Origin: Fibrobacterales bacterium
GTDB lineage: Bacteria > Fibrobacterota > Fibrobacteria > Fibrobacterales > JAOPTW01
Direction of reading: 5' to 3'
Assembly: GCA_051532055.1 (NCBI GenBank)
Contig: JAOPTX010000054.1
Coordinates: 1-27,250 of the forward strand
DNA length: 27,250 nt
Positions 25,917-27,250 of this stretch are shown in pieces. Position 1 is the first letter of the stretch. Every line of letters begins with the position of its first letter. The notes beneath the pieces were generated by a model. The model saw nothing but the letters and a program-made list of their open reading frames with translations. It was not told where the DNA came from and did not search any database. Made by a program: the position numbers and the translations under genes.

Positions 25917-27248
25917 CTACAAACTATATGTCACATTTAAGGAGAGAGAAAATGGTTCAATTCGATACATACTCATTCTCTGGAACTCATTTCGTTTTGA
26001 AAGGTCTTCATTAATTAAATTGAGAAGATTGTACATATTCAGTCTCATAGTAAAGTTATAAGGAAGTTTATAACTACCACCTAAATTAAGATTGACGGTA
26101 GGACCAAATGCTTTTTCTGATTTTGATTCCATAGTATACGCTTGATTACTGTTTAAACTATCACTGTTATAGTGTGATGCATCAATAGCACCTTGAAATT
26201 TCCAATACGCCTGTAGTGAGCTCTGTACATTAAATTTATTGTTTATACTATAGCTGTAGTAGAGTTTAGATATATGATCGGGAAAATCCGTGAAGCTATT
26301 TCCATATCCATACTCCATTGCTGTAATAAAAATATTGTTTTCCCGTTTCAATAAATTAGATTCTAAAATTCTTATATAACTATGCGATCCTCGAATGTGA
26401 TGATTTCTGTTTCGATACTCTGCTGAGAGTTCTACTCCTGCATATTTAACATTACCTAAATCCATTGTTTTACCTAATGTCTCCTCACCACGAGTCCAAA
26501 CCCATCCAACAGGATTATACAGTGCACCATAGATTGTCGGTTTAACGGTTAGATTTTTAATAGGTTTAAATTCCGGTGAAATCTCAATATAATCTATTGT
26601 TTCAACTACTCCTTGATCTCTTTTGGTATCTATATAATCAACTCTGAGGTCGGTTTCATCATTCCTTCTATTTGACCGTGAGTAATTAACTCTATAGAGT
26701 GACCAATCATTTGCGGCCCATACTACCGAAGCTCTTGGGGAGTGCATATATTGTGTGTAATCATGTTTGTCAGAACGAAGTCCGAAGAGCAGATTAACAT
26801 TCTTATGCGGGTGAATCTGTAACTCTCCAATAGCTGAAAACATTGTGGTACTCCAGCTCTCCCCATACTCTTCCTGTCCTACTGAGTCTAGTTTCGTTGA
26901 GTTGAGATCTCCCGATACTCTCCATGCATCATCACTATTGAAAACAGGGAGTCCATATGTTTCATAGGTAATTGCAGGCCCAATAGCGATGGAGAATAGA
27001 TCATGATTAATTTTAAGGAGCGCTCTTGAATGAAACTCTCGTTCCTGATTTTCTATTGGTGCATAGTTATTTTTAAATTTTGGGTTTGGGTTAACCCACG
27101 CACTATCTTTTGCGATTGAAATGATATCTTGGATATCATACCCAACTCGAGCATCAATCCCAATCATGTCGTTAAAGTAGTGATCAAAACTGCTCATTGC
27201 AGATATTTGAGTATACCCAAGAAAATTTATTCCAGTCTCTCTAGGATC
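25917..27248 (-). CDS. 5'-partial TonB-dependent receptor (beta-barrel C-terminal part)
   Basis: The frame is open to the window edge (DPRETGINFLGYTQISA precedes the M at 27197). Barrel motifs FGLRSDKH...SPRASVVW, AGVELSAEY, NLNLGGSYK...RLNMYNLLN and terminal EPFSLSLNVTYSL. Confidence 0.85.
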   Translation of the reverse strand, partial: DPRETGINFLGYTQISAMSSFDHYFNDMIGIDARVGYDIQDIISIAKDSAWVNPNPKFKNNYAPIENQEREFHSRALLKINHDLFSIAIGPAITYETYGLPVFNSDDAWRVSGDLNSTKLDSVGQEEYGESWSTTMFSAIGELQIHPHKNVNLLFGLRSDKHDYTQYMHSPRASVVWAANDWSLYRVNYSRSNRRNDETDLRVDYIDTKRDQGVVETIDYIEISPEFKPIKNLTVKPTIYGALYNPVGWVWTRGEETLGKTMDLGNVKYAGVELSAEYRNRNHHIRGSHSYIRILESNLLKRENNIFITAMEYGYGNSFTDFPDHISKLYYSYSINNKFNVQSSLQAYWKFQGAIDASHYNSDSLNSNQAYTMESKSEKAFGPTVNLNLGGSYKLPYNFTMRLNMYNLLNLINEDLSKRNEFQRMSMYRIEPFSLSLNVTYSL

Positions 27249-27250
27249 TT

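Noticed and set aside
359..26061. Short antisense or alternate-frame track ORFs overlapping long genes (e.g. 359-727, 1640-1975, 2035-2220, 2038-2241, 8284-8682, 11221-11520, 14629-15039, 19520-19849, 20526-20843, 24985-25239)
   Set aside because: They are shadows of well-supported genes, often produced by Ser-rich low-complexity DNA, and have no recognisable motifs.
1..27250. Integron cassette array
   Set aside because: Genes are in mixed orientation with long intergenic regions, there are no repeated attC-like sites and there is no integrase.

Overview
A 27-kb bacterial accessory region made up mostly of secreted and surface proteins. Ten ORFs have lipoprotein signal peptides, most with Ser-rich linkers. 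One carries a FISUMP (Fib_succ_major) domain, and two proteins end in T9SS/Por-like C-terminal tails. This combination suggests a Fibrobacterota (FCB group) genome (inference). Other genes encode an alpha/beta hydrolase, a plant-type LRR lipoprotein, a MORN-variant lipoprotein, a large GLUG/InlB-B-repeat protein, a membrane class III nucleotide cyclase with TPRs, a NUDIX hydrolase, a metallophosphoesterase lipoprotein, and partial M64-like peptidase and TonB-dependent receptor genes at the window edges. I saw no rRNA, tRNA, CRISPR array, transposase, integrase or reverse transcriptase. Most notable: (1) two paralogous ~50-aa micro-lipoproteins not called correctly by the ORF track (12493-12651 and 19195-19338), sharing IGCGxG...CDRE(E)APSSSS with synonymous-codon divergence; (2) an exact 56-bp direct repeat duplicating the 3' end of a gene and bracketing a 3.7-kb two-gene block; (3) a lipoprotein with twenty regularly spaced D-[ST]-x motifs; (4) nine Cys/Asp repeats whose spacing matches my recollection of the teneurin Cys-rich module.
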